From positions 13,400,655 through 13,464,654 of the forward strand of contig NC_134033.1 of the NCBI RefSeq assembly GCF_964204645.1: a stretch of 64,000 bases of DNA. The letters are read 5' to 3'. The notes below the pieces were generated by a model that saw nothing but the letters and a program-made list of their open reading frames with translations, did no database searches and was not told the DNA's origin. Shown here one piece after another: positions 13,186 through 29,000 of the stretch (positions are counted from its first letter, which is position 1; every line of letters begins with the position of its first letter). The position numbers and the translations under genes were made by a program. This stretch comes from Tubulanus polymorphus. Its lineage: Eukaryota; Animalia; Nemertea.

Positions 13186-14282
13186 TCTGTATCCGTCCTC
13201 TCAAAATATTGTTAATTAAGTAAAGTTGACAAAGTAATTCTTCACAATAACGTTTTCTATTTTTGTTAAATAAACGAATTACGAAAGAAAAAGAATTATC
13301 GATCAACTTTGAAAGATTTATGTATTTATCGACACAAAATTCAATAAAAGTAATGTTTAGAATTCACAACAGTATTTTCATTTATTTACAATTTTTGTAC
13401 AAGCAAGTATATAATATTATGGTACAATATATATCTCTGGCTTTTCACAGTTCAAACGATACTTTTCAGTTTGTCTCAATTAAGTCCCTCAATACTAAAA
13501 CTCAGCCCATTTAGATATTCCAGAAACACGTTTCCACGTTTTCGGTTTCCGATGAGCACACTGCATATGCACGATGTTTAAAAAATATTTGACAATTGAA
13601 ATATATAATCATCGTATCTACATCATACTGGTTCATAGAATTACAGCAAAATAAACTGAAATAAGAAGTGTGAAGTATTACAGCGAAAGCACAGGTGTTA
13701 TATAATTACTGAGTGTCACAATGAACGTATCAATCGGTCAAGATTTTAGTTTCACTAATACAGTGTATATTCAAAACCAGTTCATCGTTTTTACATAAGT
13801 AGTTATTTAGATGTATAGCAATATAAGTACTATACGATAATATTGTATTGGTACATTTAGTTATTGACATTTTTACAAAAATTGAGTACGCATACCTTTA
13901 CAATAAATACATGCCGTGCTCGGTTTAACTGTGTTGCAGGTACAAGTATCTGTGTTGCAGATACGCTATACTTCCTACGAAAGTTTGGAACAGTAATCTT
14001 ATTAAATGTACTTCACTTCAACGTCGATTACAATTATCTTAATACTCCATATATTCACGGACTCTATTCGTTTTTAGAGTCCAAAATCTATATTTACAAC
14101 TGAATCACAAAAAAGGTACACGTAGTAGTTCTATTGAGAAATAAGCACCGTTTAACACATTCAATCATTCAATCAAATTCTCACGACACAGATCGATCAC
14201 CACTGTTTAATATTGCACAGCTCCTAATTCACACGTATCACAATATAGTCTGATCACCATGTAATCGCCTCGTTGATCCTTA

Positions 14283-17200
14283 TCATAACAGTTCAAATTC
14301 TTCATCCGTGTCATAATGCCTCTCATCAACATAGGTGAACTCTACAAAAAAAAAAACAAACGTTGCTCAACCAAAATGTGTACGAATGATAGATATCTAT
14401 TTACAAATACAATCAACCCCCGATATACTGCCCTCCCATTCACCGACACCTCTGCCTACCGCCAGGTTTTCTCGATGTACATCTCTATACAAATACATAG
14501 TAAACACCCCCGATATACCACCATACTCTCTATACCGCCAAAACCGTTCTGCACCGATATGGGCGGTATATCGAGGGTCGACTGTACAACTAGCTTCCAG
14601 AAAAATAGATGTTTGCAAATGATATACGGTAAATAAAATTGACACTGAAAATTAATCCCCCTCCAAATTAATGCCGTTTCTCTTTGTTAAGTTTAAATAC
14701 AAACCTGTCTTAGTACCGGACTGGTCAGGATAGGGCTCAAACGGAGGCCAGTGTCCCGGTCTGGTCTGATGAATCTCAAACATCGGCGTCTTCCTCGGGT
14801 TTACAACGTGCAACATCAAATCCCGACATAAACTATCGAAATCTTCCTCAGTGCCGCAATAAAAACCCTGCAAACAATACATTTCATACGTTACAAATCA
14901 AATAATATCGGTAAACCTAACCCGGGATTCCAACTCATCTCCAATACAGAAAACTGAGTACAGTTGAACCTCGTTAATACGATTCTGTTTAAGAGACTGA
15001 TAATTTCCAGCATGTCGCAGCCAACATGTTTATATCTATCATGATTCAAATACAAAATCCGTTTAATACAACAATTTCAGATTCGCATTAACGAGGTAAA
15101 GGGGAAAATAGCAAATTATAGTTTTGGCACCGCAGTAACCGTTCAGTTTGGTTCAGATAAGACTTACTAAAGCTATGGATGGATCCAACAACGTGATCTT
15201 CATACGACTCGCAAATTGACAGTGATATGATTCATCATTATCTTTTGTATCGGATGAGAACAGATTCGCAACGGGTTGAGTAGTATGTGGGTCCAGGTAG
15301 ATAAGTTCATCGCCGACGTGGCCAATAAACCAGTGCGCATGGTTCGGCTTGCCGCCGATTATACCGACCGATTGAGGAAGGGTGAATGTATACTAGAAAG
15401 AGACAAAACAAACGTCTGTCGATTTTGAGGATGAAATACGGTTGATGTATTAAGGTTTCCAGGAAATGTTTCACGGTTCATACAGAAATTTCAGTTTCCA
15501 TACCTATGCCAACCTAGAACAGGCAATGTGGGCCCATTCAAAGAAAATGAGTGCCAATTATCAATACCACTGATAAAGTGTTTTCATAAAGATTTTTATC
15601 AAATGTGTAATGGCTATGAACAATGCCTTATCTAGAAAGTGACAACTTCCTGTTGTCGTGATCAAAATTGTTGTTAATAAGACAATTAGGCATAAAATTC
15701 TAAATAGAAGGAAATTTTATTTCAAGACCATTTTTGACTCCCCATACAGAAAAAACAAAATTTCCATAGCTTTTAATAAAAGGGCCCGGAAAAAGTCCCA
15801 TTTTCAAAAACTTGTAAGAACCCTGTGTCATTTTTGGTGCATATACGAGATAAATAAACCTCACCTTTACGCTTTCTACATAAACTGAATTCATCTCTGA
15901 TAATCCGAGACGTAAAGGGACGATTAGAAACAGAGGTCGCCACGATGATTTATGCGTCGCGCCGACGTATAGGTCACCGTTAGTTACACCGGAACGCTTC
16001 GATATTGTTTTCGCTCGTCGATCAACAGTATGATTGACGACGACATCGTCAGGCGTGTTCGGATGTGACTTGCACATCAGTTCTACAAGAGAAATTGTAA
16101 TAATTCATCGAAAATGAAAATATGGTCGCGGGTTGAATGTAATCTTCAATATCTCTCACAGTAGAGTCCTACTCAGTACTGGAGTACTTCGTAAACCTCT
16201 CAAGTCTGTGATGATGAAATAATATTTATTTAGCGCCAATTTGACTGATTCAATGTTCAAAGTAATCCAGTACACAGGCATGTTTTAAAGAGTCTTTTGA
16301 ATCTTTCCAAATCAGGTTCATGACGAATGTTTGTGGATAAAGCATTCTCTAGGGTGGGAGCAAGAAATGTGAAAGATTGTCCGACAAAGAAACTATGTTT
16401 TGGTGTAATAAGCAAATTGTCCGATCGAGATCTTAGTTGATGAACAGGTGAATATTTGGGAGAAGTTTGCTGCAGAGTCAATCAGGAGCCAATCCATGGT
16501 AGCTCTTGAAAGTGAGCAGCAACAGTTTAAATTCTGTGAATTTTACTGATAATCCTTTGGAAACACCTTTATTTCGCTGATTCTCAACTCAATGAAATAG
16601 TTTAATTCCCAACTGAAGGAAGTGTATCAATGTACCTGAATTTTTTGACAGTTAAAACTTACTAATATCATCGATGATTACTGTATTGTCTAAAGCGACA
16701 TGAATCGATAATGAACTCCATTCATCATAAACAGATAATTTTCTGCAAAAGAAAATGAAATGATTGGCTATTAGTTGAAGAGTAAGTCAGCTACTGGAAA
16801 ACAGATTTCAATTGATCAAATGACACAGTGATATCAATTCAGATTGATTGCGTTGTTATTCATTTAATTTGCTATCAATGAAAGACAACGTAACTTACTT
16901 TAAAACCTGAGCAACTGTATTTGGTCCGAACCACTGGCCTACTGATTTACCTTCTGACACACCCATAGATGCTGGAAAATATTACAGAATACAATGAAAC
17001 TCACCTCAATTGAAACTTGATGGGACAGCTCATTGTTCAGAGCTTTGTCATAACTGAAACTTGATGGGACGGCTCATTGTTCAGAGCTTTGTCATAACTG
17101 AAACTTGATGGGGTGGCTCATTGTTCAGAGCTTTGTCATAACTGAAACTTGATGGGACCGCTCATTGTTCAGAGCTTTGTCACAACTAAAACTTGATGGG

Positions 17201-20200
17201 ACGGCTCATTGTTTAGAGCTTTGTCATAACTGAAACTTGATGGGACAGCTCATTGTTCAGAGCTTTGTCATAACTGAAACTTGATGGGACAGCTCATTGT
17301 TCAGAGCTTTGTCACAACTGAAACTTGATGGGACGGCTCATTGTTCAGAGCTTTGTCACAACTGAAACTTGATGGGACAGCTCATTGTTCAGAGCTTTGT
17401 CACAACTGAAACTTGATGGGACGGCTCATTGTTCAGAGCTTTGTCACAACTGAAACTTGATGGGACGGCTCATTGTTCAGAGCTTTGTCACAACTGAAAC
17501 TTGATGGGACGGCTCATTGTTCAGAGCTTTGTCACAACTGAAACTTGATGGGACGGCTCATTGTTCAGAGCTTTGTCACAACTGAAACCTGATGGGACGG
17601 CTCATTGTTCAGAGCTTTGTCATAACTGAAACTTGATGGGACGGCTCATTGTTCAGAGCTTTGTCACAACTGAAACTTGATGGGACAGCTCATTGTTCAG
17701 AGCTTTGTCACAACTGAAACTTGATGGGACGGCTCATTGTTCAGAGCTTTGTCACAACTGAAACTTGATGGGACGGCTCATTGTTCAGAGCTTTGTCACA
17801 ACTGAAACTTGATGGGACGGCTCATTGTTCAGAGCTTTGTCACAACTGAAACTTGATGGGACAGCTCATTGTTCAGAGCTTTGTCACAACTGAAACTTGA
17901 TGGGACGGCTCATTGTTCAGAGCTTTGTCACAACTGAAACTTGATGGGACGGCTCATTGTTCAGAGCTTTGTCACAACTGAAACTTGATGGGACAGCTCA
18001 TGGTTCAGAGCTTTGTGACAACTGAAACTTGATGGGACGGCTCATTGTTCAGAGCTTTGTGACAACTGAAACTTGATGGGACAGCTCATTGTTCAGAGCT
18101 TTGTCACAACTGAAACCTGATGGGACAGCTCATTGTTCAGAGCTTTGTCACAACTGAAACTTGATGCGACGGCTCATTGTTCAGAGCTTTGTAACAACTG
18201 AAACTTGATGGGACAGCTCATTGTTCAGAGCTTTGTCACAACTGAAACTTGATGGGACGGCTCATTGTTCAGAGCTTTGTAACAACTGAAACTTGATGGG
18301 ACAGCTCATTGTTCAGAGCTTTGTCACAACTGAAACTTGATGCGACGGCTCATTGTTCAGAGCTTTGTAACAACTGAAACTTGATGGGACAGCTCATTGT
18401 TCAGAGCTTTGTCACAACTGAAACTTGATGGGACGGCTCATTGTTCAGAGCTTTGTAACAACTGAAACTTGATGGGACAGCTCATTGTTCAGATAAGCTC
18501 AAGTTGAATTTACATGACTGTATTCTAACTGGAGCCAAAAAGTAATGGTACTCACCGATCTGATGTATGGAATAATAAGCTCCTTTAACATCTTGAAATA
18601 GGCGTAATATATCGAGATATTTACCAGTCGAAAGGTTTTTATGGATCCATCGCCAATCTGAAATAAGAGCCATCGCTTATTATACAGTGACATTGCTCAC
18701 AGGAAATATCGGCCATGTAGGTCTAAGATCCACTGGTCTCCAGCACAGGAAACCAAGCAAATTCTGCTCAAACATACAACCCTGCCTAAATGATAAAATA
18801 GCAATATCTAAGATTGTAATGGCCACTGAATGATTGATACCAACTTAAACTCCAATGCAATCAACATATCAAACTGTAAAGATACCTCTTCCTAGATGTC
18901 TGTTAACCAAAGCTTGCGCTAATATCATTTGTCCGCATCGAAGCATACATCCCCATCCTGCATCCGTCGTTGGACCAGTACCACCTGTAAAACGGAGTAG
19001 ATTAAATCAGGTAGGTCTTTCAGCATCAGGAAGCAAGTTTAACCACAATCAGATTTGAAGGGATTTCATCGCATTTCAACATTGTCAATGCCACAAATAT
19101 GGGCCAATTTCATTGATTTGAAAAAATGCTCCCAACGTAGCAGAGCTTGTGTCACTGAACCATATCATCGCTCAGAGTGGAAATGTCAATATTTTACAAC
19201 AATCCTAAATTCAATTCTTAGGATCCTGCGGCCAGTTGCATAGTCATGGCTTAGACTTAAGACCAGTCTAAGACCCGCTTAGTTCTATAGCCAATCTAAC
19301 AACTTGAGACCAGTCTTAAGATTTAAGACCACTTTTGGACTTAAGTTACGACTGTGAAACAGGCCCCTGGGGTTAGAGTTTAGATTCTGAACCTCAGCTA
19401 TACCGGTATGCAACATGTGCCCTCGAAAGGTCACCAATGTTAAGGTATGTAATACTAACCAATAGGACTGAATCCTTTTCTGTATGTTAACCATATTTTT
19501 GAGAGAATATCGTTTCGTAGCTCCTCGCGATCTGAAATTAATCGATATGAATCAGAATGTTGGCAGGTAATACTGGATGATTCACACAGTAAGCTACCTT
19601 CTTTTAAACCCCTTACCATAGAGAGCGCTGTAACATTTTCCTAATATATAAACGGGATCTTCGGTCTGGGGAAAATCCTCATATTCCAAACCACCTCCAC
19701 TTTCATATGTCAGAACCGAATGTATTGAGGCTAAAATAGAGGAGGTTGAATCTCTAAAAAAAAGGGATCTTCCACAGGGGCAGATTTAATAATCATAATG
19801 ATCAGTTATTCGCTTGTAAAGCGTAGAACTATTGAAAATAATCTCTGTGCTTTATTTAATACATCACATGAGAAAATAAAAGACATTTTAAAACAAACCA
19901 TGAAAACGTCAAGGATAGTTTAAAAAATAAACCAATTTGGAAAAATGAGTTTTTAGTTCGGATTTAAAACAATGAACTGATGGGCATTCCCTAATTAACA
20001 GGGGAAGGGAATTCCATAGACTTAGTGCATAATTTATGTTTTATTAAAACATAAAAGCCCTAGAGCCACAAACGAGTTTAAGAAACATGAACAGCAAAGC
20101 CAAAGGGAGCCAATCTTTGTATGTTAATTTTTGACAACTCCTTTCATCTTTCTGTAGGTTCTGGTTGATCTACCCTTTTGCTACTAATTTTTTTTACAGC

Positions 20201-20374
20201 CTTGTGAGGTTGTAAGAGGATTAATCACTCAAATCAACCTAAACTCTTTCCCCTTGACAACGTTTGAGGTGAAAAATTTAACCACCACCACGATTGATTT
20301 AAATTGAATTTGTTTGAGTTTCGACACATATTTAGATTACCAGACATCATATTTGGGTTGATTCCCAGCGCCAT
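14283..20374 (-). CDS. ATG4B: ATG4A/B-type cysteine protease (peptidase C54), 11 coding exons, 412 aa
   Basis: Exons 20341-20374, 19617-19730, 19460-19531, 18886-18984, 18556-18657, 16899-16971, 16663-16742, 15865-16082, 15168-15392, 14705-14867, 14283-14341; all GT-AG with matching phases (1239 nt). Motifs: [13 protein letters not shown] (catalytic Cys), [33 protein letters not shown] (Asp/His), DPSIALGF, and C-terminal LIR DEEFELL. The first exon is the least certain. Confidence 0.95.
14408..14586. mobile_element. Tc1/mariner-pogo-type MITE in the last ATG4 intron
   Basis: TA-caatcaacccccgatatactgcc ... ggcggtatatcgagggtcgactg-TA: ~23-bp imperfect TIRs with TA flanks; an internal TIR copy sits at ~14498. 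Confidence 0.75.
14959..15097. mobile_element. Truncated Tc1/mariner-pogo-type MITE
   Basis: TA-cagttgaacctcgttaatacg ... cgcattaacgaggt inverted pair. Confidence 0.55.
16205..16540 (-). mobile_element. 5'-truncated L2/CR1-group LINE 3' remnant
   Basis: The minus strand reads [17 protein letters not shown] and [15 protein letters not shown]...[18 protein letters not shown]...FKRLFKT, matching the typical ORF2 C-terminus, followed by a gcgctaaataaat tail. Confidence 0.75.
17011..18493. repeat. 44-bp minisatellite, about 33.7 copies, in an ATG4 intron
   Basis: Unit TGAAACTTGATGGGAC(G/A)GCTCATTGTTCAGAGCTTTGTCACAAC; head-to-tail with no spacers. Confidence 0.97.
19229..19366. mobile_element. 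PIF/Harbinger-type MITE, 138 bp
   Basis: Imperfect TIRs cggccagttgcatagtc / gactgtgaaacaggccc; 3-bp CTG duplication at 19226-19228 and 19367-19369; internal (ctt)aagaccagtct repeats. Confidence 0.65.
19785..20030 (-). mobile_element. Second L2/CR1-group LINE 3' remnant in ATG4 intron 1
   Basis: The minus strand reads [30 protein letters not shown] (WNSLP...FK..LKTH signature), followed by a cgctttacaag...attatgattatta tail. Confidence 0.7.
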
Positions 20375-20870
20375 TAGCTGCACTAACTATCACAGATTAT
20401 CCTCGCTTATTGTTTGAAAGAAAAACAAATGTCGAAACAATTATAGCATGAATCATGTGAATTGGGCGACTTTGGTTTATTCGAGTCGCATATCTGTCAA
20501 AGAGTGACCCGTACGCTGGCGCCATCTGTATTTACATTCGCTTGCCAGGGATTGTAGCCGACCTTACCCTGGCAAGTGGATTGACAATGGGGTGAAATGA
20601 ATTAGAAACGAATTCAAAATGATATAAATTTGAAAAAAATAGATTTGAATCTAAACATTACTTACAGATGAATATAGTTGTTTTTTTTAATTTAATGGAT
20701 TGATATTTTGTGGGATTCGAACCCTCGCAAGTGTAGAGGAGATTGACATTTTAGTCAACTGACTCTTCTCGGCACTGGACTCTACTGACAGGAGCTGGAA
20801 AATTATTCTGTGTATATAGTGTATTAGCGGTTTGACAGTTAAGAATAGGCTCCATACTAATTGATTGGAG
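20375..20870. promoter_or_regulatory. Putative bidirectional promoter and 5' UTR region shared by ATG4 and RagA
   Basis: The ATG4 ATG (20374, -) and RagA ATG (21343, +) are divergent; a RagA 5' UTR intron is suggested by donor gag|gtaagg at 20871 and acceptor tttccag at 21300. Confidence 0.55.
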
Positions 20871-21342
20871 GTAAGGTGGATTGGGGCTAATTGTGGACTA
20901 TCATTATTAAACTAAAAAACATCGATCCACGTGTAACTCTAACTTGTTTGTGAGTTGTTTGTTCATGTTGTAATGCATTTTATCAGTGTTTGTATGTAGC
21001 CCTCTACATGTCAGTTGTAAATCGAAGGCCAGAACAAGAAGGGCAAGGAGGTTAAGTTTTGGCAAGGTTTAAGATAAGCAATATGTCAGTGATGTTACCC
21101 ACTCCTCCACTACGTGCTGTTTCTAGTTTTTCGTGGCTCGATGGATGAATTGAGGAGGCACATCAAAACTTTTTTGTTGCATTAAATGCTAGCTATGACA
21201 GTAAATAAATGCACATTTGACGTTGGTACTGGGAACTAGCTTTGCACAGAGATCAAACCATTTTGTAAAAAGTAGTTTTTTCCTATTTACTTGTTTCCAG
21301 ACATTAATTGAGATCATTTGGTGATTCAGTCTTAACATCAGG

Positions 21343-23853
<2,511 letters not shown>

Positions 23854-26024
23854 ATGATCATCCGTCGTTATTTATAGCGGAATAAACACTTTTAAAATTC
23901 GTGAGTCAGCGTAAGGCAATCGCCGTGACGCACGACGTGAAAGACTTCAACAATACTCGAGATTCGCTCAAACGTTTTTTATCGCTGATAATGAAAATCG
24001 TGGTGATGATTTATATTCAATATGTAAATTGATTTCACTCTCAGAATATGTTGGAGACATTAATCGAACTTAGCATCGTCAATTACGATGAATTCTGTGC
24101 TGAATGAAATACTGTAGATCCTGGTTTATTATGACAGCTCCTCATTACACATGGTATTTTATATGAATTAATGTTCGAATGGACGATACTATCCTGATTA
24201 GAGGTGGATTAAGCAGAGTTTACCGCAGTTTAATTCTAGATACAATCATGTTCGTTGAGTTGTATATATATATATCTGTCTCGGTGGAATTTATGAATTT
24301 GATTGCAGTAATTATAAAAGACAACTAGAGCTGCAAACTCATAGTAACGTTATATATACATTGTATATTATGTTAACTAGGTACCTGAGATATTTGCTTA
24401 CGCTCTATTTTTCTAATACACGTAAAAATTCTATTGAAATTTATTATTTTTCTCTCAATTGTTTGTATTATGGTTCGTTTCTTTGTTTTGGAATTTCGTC
24501 GCTTGGATCTTGGTTTTCCAAGACTAACCCTATTGGATTATTCATGATGATTATGTGATAATATTATCGAAAATGAATTATATGAATATGGGTCAAAGTT
24601 ATTTCAAATTGAATTGACCGGTAAACTAGCCGCAATATTGATGACGTAGCGAATTATAATAAAACACGAAACTTTATTAAATAGAAAATATAGTCACGAA
24701 ATATATTGAATTACAGAATGAACCCTGAAATTGTGTATAATCGTTATTTTGAAACGTCAATATGATTACGTAGTGCACACTATCGATCGACTCGCACAGT
24801 ACTAAATAACACATAGCCGTAGTATCAATTGTATAAAGACATTGTTGTCACGTGGTTATTAAAAACATAAGAAAACAAAAAAAAAAACAAAACATTAACA
24901 CTTTATAACAATAAATCAGAATGTGGAATTTTAGTATTATGTATCAACATTTTCTGATAACGGGATACTTATTGCATTAGACCCATTGCAGCCCTGAAGG
25001 GTCCATCTCGTGACAACGCCATATAATTACGTAACTATCAATACAATTAGTGATTTCAGGGTCACCAGAAATGTGTGAACGACCATAAGGCATATTATCA
25101 AAAATACATTAGGCTGAAAAAAACACGATACCTTGTTTCTCATAATGGGTCGGGTCATTTTGTAAACTACAATACAATTTGTAATCAAAACTGCCGGGTC
25201 TGCTATGGTTAGCGTTTTATGATATGAAAAAAGTAATGTACAGGGTAGATAGGCGGGCTACCGGGGAAACTTACAACGTACATGTATCAAATTTTCTAGC
25301 CTTCTAAGATGAATTTTTTGCTATGTACTACTAGTCTTCAACCGTCAGTGCTGGTTCCACAAAGGTCGTCACGTTAAAAAGGCGTTCCACGTTCCTATTC
25401 AGCCCGTGGAAAAAACGCGTACAGGAACATATGAACGTCTACATGTAGTACACAACACAGACAAGAATGGACGGTATTTTGAAGTATATGCAACTTTGAA
25501 TTGGAAATTAATGACAAACATTTTCATTTACAATCGATCACAGTAAAACTCGCATTAGAATCTTTGGTCATGTAATATTTTAGATACAGGGTAGAAATAG
25601 TGATATTGTGGCCATTAAGCTATCTAAACTTTCTAAACAAGACAAATTATTTTGATGATTTTGTTCTTGAACTAATTTGGTGTGCATTTTATTGAATGTC
25701 TCCCTCAGAATTGAGAGCAATGAAATGGGAGTTCTTTGATCGTTTCTATTACCGTTTACAATTTACTCGATGTATACGCATTCATTGGGGATAGAAAAAT
25801 CTGCACTTCTTACGGACGAGTTTGTCTCCTCGGAAATCATGATATAAACATAATACTGTTACGAAAAAAGATAATTGAAACAAGATATGTATAACAATTA
25901 ACAGAAAAGACTAGAAGTCTGACATAACTTCTAGTTTTCACGAAATTTAGGCCTGTCACGGATTGGGCAAATACAACAAGCTTCATAATCGCACGTCTAG
26001 TACGTCTTCAAAGACTAGATCAAT

Positions 26025-29000
26025 CTATATTGTATTCGTATCCGCTTCATCCTTCTCCAGGCGAAACAGTCCTCCAGGTTTGGGGGGCGAAACTTTGGGC
26101 CTCTTAATTTTGAACTGGAAAGAAATGAAAAAGGTGTAAATACCTGTCATCGGCATCGTCAGGTGTTAATACCTGTTTCATCCTGTTTCATACCTGTTCC
26201 TTTCTATCCACCGAAGAAGATTCCACCCCACCAAACAGAGTATCGAAATAGTTATACATATCGGAATCGGCGTCATCGTCGATTTCACGGGGTAACGAAG
26301 GTGAAGGTCGTCGTGTTTGGCGTGACGATGCCATAGAGTACCACGAAAAACGACTGAACGACATCCGGCCCATATCGCGTTCCAGCGATAAACTGCTTGC
26401 ATCCGTATTGACATGCTTTGAAAAATAGAAGGATAAAAACGGACGTGTATTTTTAAGGCTGTTATTAAAAGCTCATTTAAGCACATATAGATTACGCACT
26501 GGAGACAAATGCCACAAAAGGCATCGACAAAATTACTCAAAACTGAATCGAAATACATGTATATCTTATTACAAAATTTACACACCAACGGCAGATTGTA
26601 ACGACCTGTAGTGGAAAGTTGAGGTCTGGGAATTCTTGTTTCTTCATTGATTTGTCTCCAGAATAATGCTTCCACGGAAAGTGGATCCCGATGAAGGTTA
26701 CTGAAACAAAACCGATTAATAGGTTATACGTAGATAACATTTAAAAGAAACATTGCTATCAAAATAGAATGATGGTCACCTGGATTGTTGTCGTTTCTTC
26801 CTACGTCGTACGAAAATGATGATAACAGTAAATATGATGGCAATTAGTAGAACACCGAAAACTGCACCGAGAGAAATGGCTATCACGTTCTGTTCTGATG
26901 AGGCAACTACAGATTGAGCGGAACACTCAGATCCTGTATATGATTCGTTACATCTGCAAATTATACAAATAATCGATGATAAATAGACGGAGGTGATTAA
27001 TGAACCCCAGAATGCCCGTAGAAAATTATGCTTAAATTCAATCATAATAAATCACGAATTGCTTTGATCAATGATTATTGAATTCCTGATCAAGCCGATC
27101 AACTTACACACAGTACGGTTCACCAGACGCATGGGACGTATAGCATGCACCGTTTCCGCTACATGTGACTCCGTAACATCTATCTTCGCATTTTATATTC
27201 AATTGTGTTGATCTATTTGCGGGGTTGGCACACTTATATCCGAGCGGACATAGTGCCGGATTTACACGATAACACGGATCAATCGGATTCGATTTGTGTG
27301 ACTCTACGAATCAAGATAATGAATAACGATAACATAATATATTTTGATCGCACATCGTGTAATTAAAAGCTGTCGAAAAAACTTACTGATGAAATTTTTT
27401 TTCGTCCAATTCCTGTCAACCTTATACTGTTCGATACTGAAGTTATTACTAATAAGCCTTGGTAATACTTTATTATCGAGGTATTCAATAAGATTGACAT
27501 TATCGTTATCCTTAAGATACCTCAGCAAAACTGATGTGTTATACTCAACAATGTATTGATAAATAACGCTTCCATTCCTGCCAAGAACAGAAAATTTATG
27601 TGTCAGTAGTAAACCAAGAATAGATCTACAAATGAAATGTATCCACTTACGATAATCCTAACGTAACAATTCTCGATATAGGTGGACTTAAACCAAAGTG
27701 TTCATTTCCTACCTGAAATTTTTAGAAAGGGAGTAAACCGAACAGCGAAAGTGGCTTATTAGATAAATTCATTTTAAAATCACAAAATAAGAAAACTCAC
27801 CGCATGTCGTGCAATGTGCTCCAAAACATCAAACTCTCTTGATGTGTTGTCCGAAAAAGCTGGATTCCAGGAACGATTGATCTTTACAGAGAATGGCCCG
27901 ACGCTAGTTGTTTGTAAGTAACCTGAATTCAAAGAGCCGTAGATGTTTTGAATACTTATTAGTTAAGTAAAATGCAATTCATCATGATTCTACCAGTACT
28001 AACTTTTATCTGATATCGGTACATAGCGAGGACTAGGTGTTTGTGTGTCCACCATAGTGGAGCTGAGAGTCGAAAATGAAGTAGACGAATCGGTTGGTGT
28101 GGAACTCTCGGTGCTCATCGAGGAAACTACCGTAGTTGAGCTGACAATCGAGGATGAAGTAGACGAAGCCGTTGTGAAGGTCGTATCGGTGCTTGCCGAT
28201 GTCGATGTGTCTACCGTGGTGGATGTGTCAGTCGAGAACGAAGTAGACGAATCCGTTGCTGATGTCGTCTTGGTTCTTGCCGATGTCGATGTGTCTTCCG
28301 TTGTGGAGCTGGCAGTCGAGGACGAAGTAGACGAATCCGTTGGTGATGTCGTCACGGGGCTCGCCGATGTCGATGTGTAAACCGTAGTGGAGCTGACAGT
28401 CGAGGTTGAAATAGACGAATCTGTTGCTGATGTCGTCTCGGAACTCGCCGATGTCGATGTGTCTACTACCATGGTGGATGTATCAGTCGAGGACGATGTA
28501 GACAAATCCGTTGTTGAGGCCGTCTCTGTGCTCACCGAGGTTGATGTGTCCACCGTAGTGGAGGTGTCAGTCGAGGACGAAGTAGACGAATCTGTTGGTG
28601 ATGTAGTCTCGATGCGCAACGAGGTAGATATGTCTAACGTTGTTGAGCTGACAGTCGAAGATGAAGTAGACGAATCCGCTGGCGATGTCGTATCGGTGCT
28701 TGCCGAGGTCGATGTGTCTACCGTAGTGGAGGTGTCAGCCGAGGACGAAGTAGACGAATCCGTTGTGAAGGTCGTATCGGTACTCGCCGATGTCGATGTG
28801 TCTCCCGTAGTGGAGGTGTCAGTCGGCGACGAAGTAGACGAATCCGTTGGTGATGTCGTCACAGTGCTCGCCGAGGTCGATGTGTCTACCGCAGTGGAGG
28901 TGTCAGTCGAGGACGAAGTAGACGAATCCGTTGGAGATGTCGTCTCGGTGCTTGCCGATGTCGATGTGTCTACCGTAGTGGAGCTGAAAGTCGAGGATGA

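Noticed and set aside
12755-14645. Short ORFs in UTR, intron and MITE sequence (e.g. 13263, 13864, 14316, 14335, 14397)
   Set aside because: No recognisable motifs; they overlap 3' UTRs, the antisense of real exons, or a MITE.
17011-18493. CRISPR-like array
   Set aside because: Units are contiguous with no unique spacers, there are no cas genes, and the context is a eukaryotic intron.
20709-20724. gggattcgaaccc B-box-like motif (also ~8037)
   Set aside because: No cloverleaf or A-box could be built; at most a tRNA-derived SINE fragment, not a tRNA gene.
26025-26039. PDZ-binding motif at the mucin C-terminus
   Set aside because: The ending -TNTI has Asn at position -2, so it is not a canonical class I S/T-x-hydrophobic motif.
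26604-26606. Donor ACAG|gtcgtt for the mucin tail exon
   Set aside because: It gives phase 1 and a premature stop in the next exon; TTG|gtgtgt at 26586/26585 keeps the frame to the terminal exon.
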